Shown: positions 34,265-44,943 of the stretch, one piece after another
Position numbering within the stretch: position 1 is the stretch's first letter
How the letters are laid out: each line of letters begins with the position of its first letter
NCBI GenBank assembly: GCA_035193785.1
Contig: CP136572.1
Coordinates: forward strand, 3,636,578 to 3,700,577
DNA length: 64,000 bases
Direction: 5' to 3'
DNA from: Planktothrix sp. GU0601_MAG3
GTDB lineage: Bacteria > Cyanobacteriota > Cyanobacteriia > Cyanobacteriales > Microcoleaceae
Notes under the pieces: model-generated
Databases searched by the model: none
The model's input: the letters and a program-made list of their open reading frames with translations, nothing else
Told to the model about the DNA's origin: nothing
Made by a program: the position numbers and the translations under genes

Positions 34265-35776
34265 CTAGGCTTCAACTGCCACAATTCCCATCATGCCAAG
34301 ATCTTCGTGATCAAGAATATGGCAGTGATATACGGTTTTTCCAGTAAAATCGCGGAAGGGAATCCGAATCCTAACGGTTTCATTAGCTCGAATTCGTAGC
34401 GTGTCTCCCCATGCCTGATAGGGATCGGGTTTACCATTGCGACTAATTACTTGAAAGGGATTAGTATGTAGGTGAAAAGAATGTTCCATACCATCGGGAT
34501 CGACATTTACAAGCTCCCAATCTTCAATTGTTCCCAACTTGACGGCGGCATCAACTCGATTCATATCAAAGGTTTTATTATTAAATAAAAAAGCCATTTG
34601 CATACCCATGCCATTACCCATACCCATCAACATTGATAGTTCAATCCGACGAGTTTTAATAGGTTGAGGCAATGTTTCAACCGGAATCAGTTTTTCCGGT
34701 AGGGGGAGTGGTGTGGCGATCGCATCTTTATAGGTCAAGGTCGCAATCAGATCAGGCTGATTGGATATAGGCGCTGAACTCCCCATACCACCCATCATCC
34801 CGCCGCCCATCATCCCACCGCCCATCATCCCGCCCCCCATCATTCCCATGCCCCCACCGCGATCATAGGGCAGGCTGAGTAAACGATATTGCCCCGGTGG
34901 ACGATTGCCCTGAACCAATACCTCGGCCCGTTCACCCGGAGATAACAATAGTTCGCGCATTTCCACGGGTTGGGCGACGCTACCCCCATCGGTCGCAATT
35001 AAGTAAAACGGATGATCTTCCAAGCTGAGACGATAAAACCGGGAGGTGGAAGCATTCACAATCCGAAATCGCAACAGTCCACCGGAGGGTATGGTAAATG
35101 TTGGGTTCACCTGGCCATTGACGGTGAGAATCGCTCCTTCGCGCCCACGCATCAATTCAATATGACCGGGGGCGGGAATTTGTCCATTGGCATCCAGGGC
35201 AAAGTCTTTCAAAAACAGAAATTCCTCCCTAGCCGCTCTAATTTCTGGAATATCATCCAATTCGCCGCGCACGACAAAGATGCCACCCAACCCACCAAAT
35301 ACCTGCTCTGCGACCAATTCATGGAGATGGGGATGGTAATAAAAGGTTCCAGATGGATGATTTTTCGGTAGGGTGAATTCGTAGGTTTGGGTTTCGCCAG
35401 GAGAGACGCTAAGAAAGATATTATCCGCATTTCCAGTTGGGGGAATATGCAGACCGTGATAGTGGAGATTTGTGGCTTGGGAGAGCTTATTTGTAAAATG
35501 GATTTTTACGGTGTCTCCGGGCTTGGCTTCTAGGCGTGGGCCGGGAATTTGGCCGTTGTAGGTCAATAGGTTTCCCTGTTGCTGTCCCAGTCTGATTAAA
35601 CCAGGACGTGCTTCTAATGCCGTCTCTAATAGGCCGTTGCTACTGGTGGTGAGCGCCGTTGCATTAGCTGATTGAATCGACGGTGCTGAGGTGGTATTGC
35701 GGCTGCACTGGGTTAATACGGCGATCGCAGTACCAGCACTAAGAAGGAGAAACTGGCGACGGTTGATTAAATACAT
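34265..35776 (-). CDS. Tat-exported multicopper oxidase (CueO/SufI-like) with Met/Gly-rich insert
   Basis: RRQFL signal; HYHG, YHPH, HSFHLH, HCHILDHEDLGM. Confidence 0.93.
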   Translation of the reverse strand: MYLINRRQFLLLSAGTAIAVLTQCSRNTTSAPSIQSANATALTTSSNGLLETALEARPGLIRLGQQQGNLLTYNGQIPGPRLEAKPGDTVKIHFTNKLSQATNLHYHGLHIPPTGNADNIFLSVSPGETQTYEFTLPKNHPSGTFYYHPHLHELVAEQVFGGLGGIFVVRGELDDIPEIRAAREEFLFLKDFALDANGQIPAPGHIELMRGREGAILTVNGQVNPTFTIPSGGLLRFRIVNASTSRFYRLSLEDHPFYLIATDGGSVAQPVEMRELLLSPGERAEVLVQGNRPPGQYRLLSLPYDRGGGMGMMGGGMMGGGMMGGGMMGGMGSSAPISNQPDLIATLTYKDAIATPLPLPEKLIPVETLPQPIKTRRIELSMLMGMGNGMGMQMAFLFNNKTFDMNRVDAAVKLGTIEDWELVNVDPDGMEHSFHLHTNPFQVISRNGKPDPYQAWGDTLRIRANETVRIRIPFRDFTGKTVYHCHILDHEDLGMMGIVAVEA

Positions 35777-35821
35777 ATTTGATCTAGGGTAATTGCTTGA
35801 TCTCCAGCTTGACTAAGTAAA

Positions 35822-35838
35822 ATGAAATCGGGATGAAA
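35822..35838 (-). promoter_or_regulatory. Candidate CopR box
   Basis: Minus strand TTTCAT-CCCGA-TTTCAT, ~45 bp upstream of the oxidase start. Confidence 0.7.
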
Positions 35839-35903
35839 TTGTTAGTATGTAAGGGATATATAATCAAAAACGGTCTACAACATTGGTAACTCTCCGGTCA
35901 AAT

Positions 35904-36004
35904 AGGACTTGCGCACCAAACCCGGTTTCTGAACTAGAAATCTCGATTTCATCCGCAAAATCAGGGCTAGAAACCCGGTTTCTTTGGTCTTGTGCGTAAG
36001 TCCT
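35904..36004. mobile_element. ~100-bp MITE-like element
   Basis: Terminal inverted repeats AGGACTTGCGCA / TGCGTAAGTCCT; second copy at 20396. Confidence 0.75.
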
Positions 36005-36063
36005 GTCAAATCTGGGATTAATGCGATAAAGTAAACGATCTAGCACCACTGACTAAACTTGCC

Positions 36064-37251
36064 ATGCCTAAAACTTCCTCAACCCAGAATCTAATATCCA
36101 CTTCGGTTGTGAGTTTAAATATTGCCCCAGCCCAAGTTTTACGCGGCAATAACGCCTTAACACAAGCAGGAGAGGCGATCGCAGGCTTTGGTCAACGTCC
36201 GGTAATTATTGGTGGCGATCGCTCCTTACCCCTCACTGTTCAAGCCCTACAACCGATTTTAGAGCGTCATCAACTGCAATATTCTCAATTCTCCTACGGT
36301 GCTGACTGTAGCGAAACTAGCCTAACCGCCGGAGTTCAAGCCGTCACCAACCATAAGGCTGATTTTATCATCGGGACGGGGGGCGGAAAGGCCCTGGATG
36401 CAGCTAAACTGATCGCCCATCAATGCCATCTCCCCATTGTTACCATTCCCACTTCTGGGGCGACCTGCGCCGCTTGGACAGCCCTTTCTAACGTTTATTC
36501 CGAGGATGGGGCGTTTTTATATGATGTTAGTTTAGCCCGTTGTCCCGATTTATTGATTTTGGACTATAACTTAATTCAGACTGCTCCCCAACGGATGTTA
36601 GTGGCGGGTATTGGGGATGCGATCGCTAAATGGTATGAAGCCAGCGTCAGCAGTGGACATTCCGATCAAACCTTCATGATCGCTGCGGTACAACAGGCGC
36701 GAGTTCTCCGAGATATATTATTACAAAAATCCTTAACTGCCCTACAAGAACCGGGGGGCGAAACCTGGCGGGAAGTCGTCGATGCGACGGTATTACTGGC
36801 GGGAGTCATTGGCGGTATTGGGGGGGCCCAATGTCGTACCGTGGCGGCCCATGCGGTTCATAATGGGTTAACCCATGTTGCGGCTAGTCATGGGACTTTA
36901 CACGGGGAAAAGGTCGCCTTTGGAATTTTAGTACAACTGCGTTTAGAAGAAATGGTACAAGGCAACCAACTCGCGGCCACTGCTAGACAACAATTATTAA
37001 AGTTTTACACCGATTTGGGCCTACCCCAAACCCTGAATGATTTGGGAATGGGCGAAATTACCTTAACCCAACTGCGACAAGCCGCCGACGTTGCTTGTAA
37101 TGAGCGTTCTGATATTCACCGTTTACCGTTTAAAGTGGTTCCAGAACAATTAATGGCAGCCATGGTATCAACAACTTCCCCAGGGGAATTACGAGTTACG
37201 AATTACGAATTACGAGTGGGGAATACTAAAGACCCTTACCCAGAGTCCTAG
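36064..37251 (+). CDS. Glycerol dehydrogenase-like iron-containing alcohol dehydrogenase
   Basis: GGGKALDAAK, PTSGATCA, AHAVHNGL, HGEKVAFG. Confidence 0.88.
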   Translation: MPKTSSTQNLISTSVVSLNIAPAQVLRGNNALTQAGEAIAGFGQRPVIIGGDRSLPLTVQALQPILERHQLQYSQFSYGADCSETSLTAGVQAVTNHKADFIIGTGGGKALDAAKLIAHQCHLPIVTIPTSGATCAAWTALSNVYSEDGAFLYDVSLARCPDLLILDYNLIQTAPQRMLVAGIGDAIAKWYEASVSSGHSDQTFMIAAVQQARVLRDILLQKSLTALQEPGGETWREVVDATVLLAGVIGGIGGAQCRTVAAHAVHNGLTHVAASHGTLHGEKVAFGILVQLRLEEMVQGNQLAATARQQLLKFYTDLGLPQTLNDLGMGEITLTQLRQAADVACNERSDIHRLPFKVVPEQLMAAMVSTTSPGELRVTNYELRVGNTKDPYPES

Positions 37252-37439
37252 ACAAATTGCGATATCAGAATTAAGAATTGAGAAGGGAAATAAAAAACCA
37301 GACCCCATTGGGGGAAAATAAAGAATCACTAATTAGGGTTAGAGATTGAATTATTCTGTTTCAATATCAAAACCTTAGATAAGAATGGATTTTTTTTCTT
37401 GCTACTGAACACATTAGTTTTAACCTAACATAATCGACA

Positions 37440-38627
37440 ATGACATTAGATTGGATTAGCCCTGCTGACCGGATACAAGCCTTACCTCCCTATGTTTTTG
37501 CCCGTTTAGATGAATTGAAAGCTAACGCCCGTCAACAGGGCTTAGATTTAATTGATTTAGGCATGGGAAACCCTGATGGGGCGACACCTCAACCTATCGT
37601 TGAAGCCGCCATTCAAGCATTAAAAAATCCGGCAAATCATGGCTATCCACCCTTTGAAGGAACCGCTAATTTTAGACTAGCAATTACTAATTGGTATCAC
37701 CGTCGTTATGGTGTTTCCCTCGACCCCAATGGTGAAGCCTTACCCCTATTAGGGTCAAAGGAAGGATTAGGTCATTTAGCCTTAGCTTATATTAATCCAG
37801 GGGATTTAGTCTTAGTTCCTAGTCCTTCCTATCCCGTGCATTTTCGCGGGCCAATAATTGCCGGGGGAAAGGTTCATTCTATTATTTTGAAACCGGAAAA
37901 TAACTGGTTAATTGATTTAGGATCTATTCCTGATTCTATTGCTGAACAAGCTAAAATTCTCTATTTTAATTATCCCAGTAACCCCACGGGTGCCACCGCC
38001 CCCAGGGAGTTTTTTGAAGAAATTGTTGCCTTTGCCCATAAATATCAAATTCTGCTGGTGCATGATTTATGTTATGCCGAATTAGCCTTTGACGGTTATC
38101 AACCCACCAGTTTATTAGAAATTCCTGGAGGAAAAGAAATTGGCGTAGAATTCCACACTATGTCTAAAACCTATAATATGGCAGGTTGGCGAGTGGGATT
38201 TGCGGTGGGAAATTCTAAGGTTTTACAAGGGTTAAGAACCTTAAAAACTAATTTAGATTATGGGGTATTTTCGGCTTTACAAACGGCGGCAGAAATGGCT
38301 TTAAGTTTACCGGATTCTTACCTCAAAGAAGTTCAAGAACGTTATTGTACCCGGCGAGATTTTTTAATTGAAGGGTTAGCAGAATTAGGCTGGAATGTGC
38401 CTAAAACCTTAGCTACAATGTATTTATGGGTTCCCTGTCCTCCAGGCATGAATTCCACGGATTTTGCCCTCACGGTCTTACAACAAACGGGTGTGGTTTT
38501 TACCCCAGGAAATGCCTTTGGTATTGGTGGAGAAGGCTATTTTAGAATTAGTTTAATTGCGGATTGCGATCGCTTGGGAGAAGCCCTAAAACGCTTAAAA
38601 GATGCCAATATTCGGTATCAACCCTAA
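37440..38627 (+). CDS. Class I/II PLP aminotransferase (LL-DAP/aspartate aminotransferase-like)
   Basis: NYPSNPTG, DLCY, SKTYNMAGWRVG. Confidence 0.9.
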   Translation: MTLDWISPADRIQALPPYVFARLDELKANARQQGLDLIDLGMGNPDGATPQPIVEAAIQALKNPANHGYPPFEGTANFRLAITNWYHRRYGVSLDPNGEALPLLGSKEGLGHLALAYINPGDLVLVPSPSYPVHFRGPIIAGGKVHSIILKPENNWLIDLGSIPDSIAEQAKILYFNYPSNPTGATAPREFFEEIVAFAHKYQILLVHDLCYAELAFDGYQPTSLLEIPGGKEIGVEFHTMSKTYNMAGWRVGFAVGNSKVLQGLRTLKTNLDYGVFSALQTAAEMALSLPDSYLKEVQERYCTRRDFLIEGLAELGWNVPKTLATMYLWVPCPPGMNSTDFALTVLQQTGVVFTPGNAFGIGGEGYFRISLIADCDRLGEALKRLKDANIRYQP

Positions 38628-38718
38628 GCCGTTGTTGGGCCGTTGTTGGGCTTTAGCCCTTCCTCAAGGAGTGCTGAAGCACAACAACGGGGAAAGTTAT
38701 TAATCTTATGAATAATTA

Positions 38719-39909
38719 TTGAATATGGATAATGAAAACAATCTGAATTTATGTGATTTTATTACTCAAAAAATCAAGAAAAATCCTCAAAATAGAATTA
38801 CTTTTGCTGATTATATGAACTGGGTTCTATATCACCCTGAATATGGATATTATAGCATCAATAAACCCAAATTAGGGGCGGAAGGAGATTTTGTTACTTC
38901 TCCCTATTTAGGATCGGATTTTGGGGAAATGTTAGCAGAACAATTTTTCCAAATGTGGGAAATGCTGGATTGTCCTAACGCCTTTACTTTAGTAGAAATG
39001 GGTGCGGGACAGGGAATATTAGCCAGCGATATTCTGTTATATTTACAAAAAAAATATCCTGAATTTTTTAAATGTTTAAATTATATTATTATCGAGAAAT
39101 CCAACTTTCTCAAAGCTCAACAACAACACCAACTGCAAAAAACCCTCGCCGCTTCACTATCAATTCAATGGTGTGACCTGGAGGATATTCCAAATAGTAA
39201 TATTATCGGCTGTTTTTTCTCCAATGAATTAGTTGATGCTTTTCCCGTCCATCAAGTTATTGTCCAAAACAAACAACTTCAAGAAATTTATATTACCTTA
39301 GATTCAGAAGTAAAATTTAAAGAAATTATTGCCGAACTTTCTACCGAAAAAATTACAGACTATTTTAAATTAATTGATATTGATTTATGCTCTAATCTTT
39401 ACCCAGAAGGATATCGAACTGAGGTTAATTTAGCCGCCCTAGACTGGATGAAAACCCTGGCTACTAAACTAAATCAGGGCTTTATTCTAACAATTGATTA
39501 TGGTTACACCGCCCAACGATATTATCTTCCCAGTCGCAGAGAAGGAACCCTACAATGTTATTATCAACATCGTCATCATAACGATCCCTATCTGAATATC
39601 GGTCGCCAGGATATCACCGCCCATGTTAACTTTACCGCCTTACAACTTTATGGGAAAAACTGGGGAATTGACCCTCTTGGGTTTACACAACAGGCTTTAT
39701 TTTTAATGGCTTTAGGGTTAGGCGATCGCATCGCCGCCCTTTCTCAACCCTCAAACTATTCTATTTCAGAAATATTACAAAGACGAGAATGCTTACACTC
39801 TTTAATTGATCCCATGGGTTTAGGCAACTTTGGCGTCCTTCTACAATCTAAAGGCTTGAGTCCATCTCAACAACAAATTCCCCTTAAAGGTTTCAGTTTT
39901 CCCCTTTAA
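38719..39909 (+). CDS. SAM-dependent methyltransferase, MidA/NDUFAF7 family
   Basis: GDFVTSP, EMGAGQG, SNELVDAFP, IDYG, DITAHVNF. Confidence 0.9.
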   Translation: MNMDNENNLNLCDFITQKIKKNPQNRITFADYMNWVLYHPEYGYYSINKPKLGAEGDFVTSPYLGSDFGEMLAEQFFQMWEMLDCPNAFTLVEMGAGQGILASDILLYLQKKYPEFFKCLNYIIIEKSNFLKAQQQHQLQKTLAASLSIQWCDLEDIPNSNIIGCFFSNELVDAFPVHQVIVQNKQLQEIYITLDSEVKFKEIIAELSTEKITDYFKLIDIDLCSNLYPEGYRTEVNLAALDWMKTLATKLNQGFILTIDYGYTAQRYYLPSRREGTLQCYYQHRHHNDPYLNIGRQDITAHVNFTALQLYGKNWGIDPLGFTQQALFLMALGLGDRIAALSQPSNYSISEILQRRECLHSLIDPMGLGNFGVLLQSKGLSPSQQQIPLKGFSFPL

Positions 39910-40316
39910 GGCCCCAAAAAGCCCCGATAGTCTAAAAACATGATGCTGATCTGCGTTTTTTTGCGGACATTGCAGAATCGAAAGTATTTTTTATCACATA
40001 CATACGGAGATTTTATACGGAATCTTACGATCAAACTCGCAACTTTTATCTTCAAATATTGATTTTTATTTTAGGTAGATAGAAAGCCCACACATCCTAT
40101 AGAAAGGTTTTTTGAGATGATTTCATCATCCCTTTATATTTGTACCGACCCACTGTAAACCTTCGGTAAAAAAAACCAATATTTACCAAAACCTATAGAC
40201 AACCCCAAATTGATTGCGTAATATTGGTAACAAGGTAGAGCAAGGAAATCAAAAACTCCCAAGTTTTAACACCTTGTTTCTACCCCAGGCTATAAAATAT
40301 AAAGGATGAGGCTGAG

Positions 40317-41151
40317 ATGAAAAACACACTATCTAAAATTATCGGTTCTACTATATTAGCTACTGGAGTTGCCGTTTCCTTGGTTGCCGCACCTGCACAA
40401 GCGGGAAATGGAAATGGAAATAATCAAAAGACAACAACAACAACTCCAACAACAACAACTCCAACAACAACAACTCCAACAACAACAACTCCAACAACAA
40501 CAACTCCAACAACCTCCAGTTTCACACTCCTGGATACAAAAACCTTTGGATTTAGCAATATCTTCCTGAATCCCACCACCCAGACTTCTGACAATACAAA
40601 TGGAGATGGTATTGTCAACCAGTTCAATTTTAGCGTAAGCAAAACCAGTACCAATAAAGTTCTGTTCCAAATTGGAAATACAGGTGCATTATCAAACTCG
40701 TTTATTAGCCAGATTAAGTTCTCCGATGCTGGTAACTTACTGAATTTTAATGCGTTTGCACCTACTTACAATCTAGGAAATGTTAGTTTTGCATCAGAAA
40801 ATAAAACTTTAGCTCAATCCAATAACATTTCAGGTTGGGTAGACAGCTTTGGTTTTGCATCAACGAAACAAGGTGCTAATCAAGCCGGAATCGACCAAAA
40901 AGAAGCATTAGGCTTACTGTTTGATGGTAACTTTGACAACGTGATTAGTAGTTTGAAATCTAATCAATTAAAAATCGGAATGCACGTTCAAGGTATTACA
41001 GCAACAGGTGGTGGAAGTGACACTTTTGCCAGCTATGTTGCACCTCCCAAACCCCCCGCACCCGTAGAAGTTCCCGAAACCCGCTACATTAGTTGGTTTA
41101 GGTTTAGCCTTCGGTGGAATGCTGGCCTCCCGTCGTCGTCAATCCACCTGA
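40317..41151 (+). CDS. PEP-CTERM exported protein with Thr-rich linker; +1 insertion at 41076-41080
   Basis: Signal peptide; (TTTTP)n from a 15-bp repeat; repaired tail VPEPATLVGLGLAFGGMLASRRRQST*. Confidence 0.88.
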
Positions 41152-41488
41152 GAAAATGATGATTAAATTAGTCATCCCAAACCACTCAAGAATTGCATTA
41201 ATATCCGTCTCACACTGTTGAGACCCTCAGCCTTTATCTTATCCAAATAGTAGCGGTACTCATCATGCCGCTACTTTATTTAAGAAATAGATAACTCCAA
41301 TTCAGGCTACATTTACAAAATTTAATCAATTGTATATCCCAACAATAAAACCACTATCAAAATCAGAGTACAGGGTACATTTATCTATTAATCAACATAT
41401 AATAAACATGAAAAATACAGTTATAACTCAGGTAGAATTTTAATCTCCCTGAGTTTTTTTAAAGTTAGCGATCGCTTTTTATCGAATA

Positions 41489-42503
41489 TTAACTAACGAA
41501 TTGAGGCATGATTTCCGCCGCCGTAAATAAACCATGAATTCCTCGACGATGCAGTTGAATTCCTGCTTTTAAATAGCCGAAAGCTGGCCCACAAACATTA
41601 GCCGCCATGCTGGTTTCATCCCCTAAAGTAAAGGTATGGGTTGAAACTTTCCCTTCAAAAGTTCGGCCAGTAATTTGAACATTGGTACTCAGGGGTTTTT
41701 TAGAATTGCGAGTATCCACAATTCCACCCACCGTAACCCGATCGCGTGAACAAATACCCGCCAACTCTAACATAATATCATCGGCGTGTTCCATATTTTC
41801 CAAGGTCAGTAACCCGCCCGTTTCTGCTAATAAAGCTTCTACCTGGGCATCGCTCATCGCCCTAGCCTGTTCAACGGTATATCCGGGTAAATGACCAATA
41901 TCCTCTCGAATCGTAGCGCGATAGGCCTCCCAGTTGGCGATACCCACCCCAAAAGTAATTTTAACGCTGTGAATTTCCGTGTAACTTTGGGCCGCCAGAG
42001 CCGCGGCGGCGGTTAATAACCCGGGGGTGGCCCCACATCCGGTCATATAGGTAATTCCGGCGGCTTGTAACTCATCTTTGAGTTCTAATAATAATTCCAC
42101 GGCGCTCGTCCGTTTAATGGCATCGACTAATACCCCTCGCCATCCCGACCGAATAAAGGTTTTAGCCACACTAGCCATAAAATCATTGGGTAAATTCGGC
42201 AAAGCCAGAAAATATCCCTCAACCCCTGGGGCCGTTTTCACTAATTCTTCAATACTCTGATTACTCAGAACTCCATGGGGTTTCTAAATATCCCACCGAC
42301 CCTTGAGCTTGATAGATCTCAATACAGCGATTCGGGTTCAGTCCCTCCCCATCGTAAGCATAACCCTTTTGATCGGCTACGGCTACCCACTGCATTTGCT
42401 GTTTTGGGGCTAAAACCCTCGTTGCTGCCTGTCCTAGCCCGCCAAAACCCAAAATTCCCACCCGAATCGGGGACAAACCTGTATTAACCATTACTGGACT
42501 CAT
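41489..42503 (-). CDS. bioU: (S)-8-amino-7-oxononanoate synthase BioU (biotin synthesis); +1 insertion at 42280-42284
   Basis: GFGGLG Rossmann motif, [25 protein letters not shown]; joins as ...YLEPHGVLSN... Confidence 0.8.
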
Positions 42504-42624
42504 GAAATCTGATTGAATTTAGACAGTCTTTAATTATATAGCAGAAAAAGAAAGGGTTCAAAAAGTTCGTTATCGGGCTGTGGCGATGTGATTTTGGGGC
42601 CTAAGCCCAACAACGATTAGGGTT

Positions 42625-43248
42625 TTAATTTTCAGCTTCCCCAGCCGTTGGCGGTGAAACGGATGGCTCAGAAGTGGGAGTAGGATTTGTTTCTGATAAT
42701 GCTTCATCGGGTTTAGATGGAGCCGCCGGAGGCACGGTTACGTTAACATTGGGGGCGGGTTGAGGAGCCGCCGGAGGCACGGTTACGTTAACATTGGGGG
42801 CGGGTTGGGGAGCCACCGGAGGCACGGTTACGTTAACATTGGGAGCGGGTTGGGGAGCCGTAGGGGGAACCGTTACGTTAACATTGGGCTTAGGTTGGGG
42901 GACTTGTACGGGAACAGGAACAACTTGAGTTCGATTTCTCTCAATAATCACTGTATCTCGTCCTGGGGCTTGGGTTTTGGGAGTATTAGATTCCGATTTT
43001 CCTGGCCCTACGGTTGGAGCTTTGGAGTCATCGGGTTTAAATAAACTCGGCCAAACTGCAAAACCAATTCCTAATGCTAATAATACGGCAATTCCTATAC
43101 CAATTAATGCACCCCAAGTGATATCATTATTGACTTTAGTTCTTTCGTTTTGACGAATGGATTCATCCCTTACAGGGTCAGGAGTCTGTCCTCGAAGCTC
43201 ATTAATTTCCTGATTAGAATGGGGCTGATCTTGAGGTGTATTATTCAT
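42625..43248 (-). CDS. Single-TM Pro/Val-rich protein with 15-aa repeats
   Basis: PNVNVTVPPxAP x4 (45-bp period). Confidence 0.75.
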   Translation of the reverse strand: MNNTPQDQPHSNQEINELRGQTPDPVRDESIRQNERTKVNNDITWGALIGIGIAVLLALGIGFAVWPSLFKPDDSKAPTVGPGKSESNTPKTQAPGRDTVIIERNRTQVVPVPVQVPQPKPNVNVTVPPTAPQPAPNVNVTVPPVAPQPAPNVNVTVPPAAPQPAPNVNVTVPPAAPSKPDEALSETNPTPTSEPSVSPPTAGEAEN

Positions 43249-43436
43249 AGGTTTTTGCCAAAATTCATCCCAATTAAAAACGAATTGATTTAGATGAGAT
43301 GATTCTGTTTAATATAACTAAAATTCTGGCTTAGATTCATCTATCTGAAGGCATAACCTATTTTGATCTAAAAAATGAGGAAGTTATTATATAGATTGAG
43401 TTAAACTTGATTTTATTAGTTATAATCACTGAAATT

Positions 43437-43868
43437 ATGATTATTTTCACGCAATTAGTTCCCGATAAAGAGCATCAACAGGTTACAGTTTATCTAGCCC
43501 TAACCGCAGAACAACGGACAAAAACCCGTCAATATATTGAAACTTTAGAGGGTGAAACCTATTATATTCGCCTGCCTAGGGGAATGGTTTTAAATGCGGG
43601 GTATTTGTTAACCTCCGATGCTCAAGATATTTGGGCAAAGGTGATTGCTAAACCAGAACCTATTATTACGGTCAGGGCCAACCATTCCCTGGATTTATTA
43701 AAAGCCGCTTATCATTTAGGAAATCGTCATATTCAGTTAGAAATTACCTCCGACTATTTACGATTTTCCCCCGATCCTGTACTATCTTCAATGTTAGTGC
43801 ATCAAGGATTAACAATTCAAGAAGAAATTGCCCCTTTTTATCCTGAAGGGGGAGCTTATGATCATTAA
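43437..43868 (+). CDS. ureE: Urease accessory protein UreE
   Basis: AAYHLGNRH, FYPEGGAY. Confidence 0.9.
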   Translation: MIIFTQLVPDKEHQQVTVYLALTAEQRTKTRQYIETLEGETYYIRLPRGMVLNAGYLLTSDAQDIWAKVIAKPEPIITVRANHSLDLLKAAYHLGNRHIQLEITSDYLRFSPDPVLSSMLVHQGLTIQEEIAPFYPEGGAYDH

Positions 43869-43869
43869 T

Positions 43870-44164
43870 AATTACGAATTACGAATTACGAATGGGTAAT
43901 GGGTAATGGGTAATGGGTAATGGGTAATGGGTAATGGGTAATGGGTAATGGGTAATGGGTAATGGGTAATGGGTAATGGGTAATGGGTAATTACGAATTA
44001 CGAATTACGAATGGGTAATAGCAAAAGTTTACCTCCCCTGCTCCCCCTGCCTCCCCTGCCTCCCCTGCTCCCCCTGCCTCCCCTGCTCCCCCTGTCTCCC
44101 CTGCTCCCCCTGCCTCCCCTGCTCCCCCTACCTCCCCTGCTCCCCCTGCTCCCCCTGCTCCCTG
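43870..44164 (+). repeat. Composite simple-repeat block: (ATTACGA)3-(AATGGGT)~14-(ATTACGA)3 then CTCCCCTG-type 9-mers
   Basis: Read directly; fills the ureE-ureF spacer. Confidence 0.93.
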
Positions 44165-44199
44165 TTTCCCTAAATATTCTATATATTGCCCATTTTCCA

Positions 44200-44889
44200 A
44201 TGATTTTAAATTTATTACAACTTTCCAGTCCGGCTTTACCTTTGGGTGCTTATAGTTATTCTGAAGGTTTAGAAACCTTAGTTGAAAATGAAATTATTAC
44301 CGATCATTCTAGTCTATTGCAGTGGTTAATTCAAGACCTGAATTATGGCGCAATTCGACTGGAATCTGCCTTAATGGTTCGAGCTTATCGCTGTGTGATT
44401 AATCAAGATTATAACCAATTAATTTATTGGAATCAATGGTCAACGGCGGCGAAAGAAACCTCGGAATTGCGACAACAAAGTTGGCAAATGGGGAATACCT
44501 TAATCCAGCTTTTAGTTAATTTGGAAGGAGTAAAACCAACAGATTTAGAGTTATTTCCTCTCAAAGATTGGACGGAAAAAGTGGGAAAACCTTGTAATTA
44601 TGCGATCGCATTTGGATTAGGTGCGGTTTATTGGCATCTTGATCTGAAAAATGCTTTACTGGGATATCTCTATAGTTGGGCGACTAATTTAATTAATGCT
44701 GGGGTAAAACTGATTCCTTTAGGTCAAACCATGGGTCAAACTTTACTCTTACAATTACACCCCGAAATAGAATCAACAGCCACAGCTATTTTACAATTAG
44801 ACGATGGAGATTTAGTCAGTTGTAATTGGGGGTTAGCATTGGCAAGTATGGCACATGAAACCCAATATAGTCGATTATTTAGAAGTTGA
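44200..44889 (+). CDS. ureF: Urease accessory protein UreF
   Basis: [31 protein letters not shown]; start at 44200 after the repeats. Confidence 0.92.
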   Translation: MILNLLQLSSPALPLGAYSYSEGLETLVENEIITDHSSLLQWLIQDLNYGAIRLESALMVRAYRCVINQDYNQLIYWNQWSTAAKETSELRQQSWQMGNTLIQLLVNLEGVKPTDLELFPLKDWTEKVGKPCNYAIAFGLGAVYWHLDLKNALLGYLYSWATNLINAGVKLIPLGQTMGQTLLLQLHPEIESTATAILQLDDGDLVSCNWGLALASMAHETQYSRLFRS

Positions 44890-44943
44890 TTTTATTGATT
44901 GATTTATGGTACAATGAAACTGGTTAGTTTTCATCTTAATTTT

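Noticed and set aside
35864..36049. 61-aa ORF
   Set aside because: Spans the MITE-like element; no coding features
40356..40670. Cys-rich (CCCWS)n, poly-Gln and poly-Val ORFs resembling peptide precursors
   Set aside because: Alternative frames of the 15-bp Thr-linker repeat in the PEP-CTERM gene
43991..44200. Gly/Ala-rich minus-strand ORF and the Pro/Leu-rich N-terminal extension of ureF (44011)
   Set aside because: Translations of the CTCCCCTG repeats; UreF homology starts at 44200
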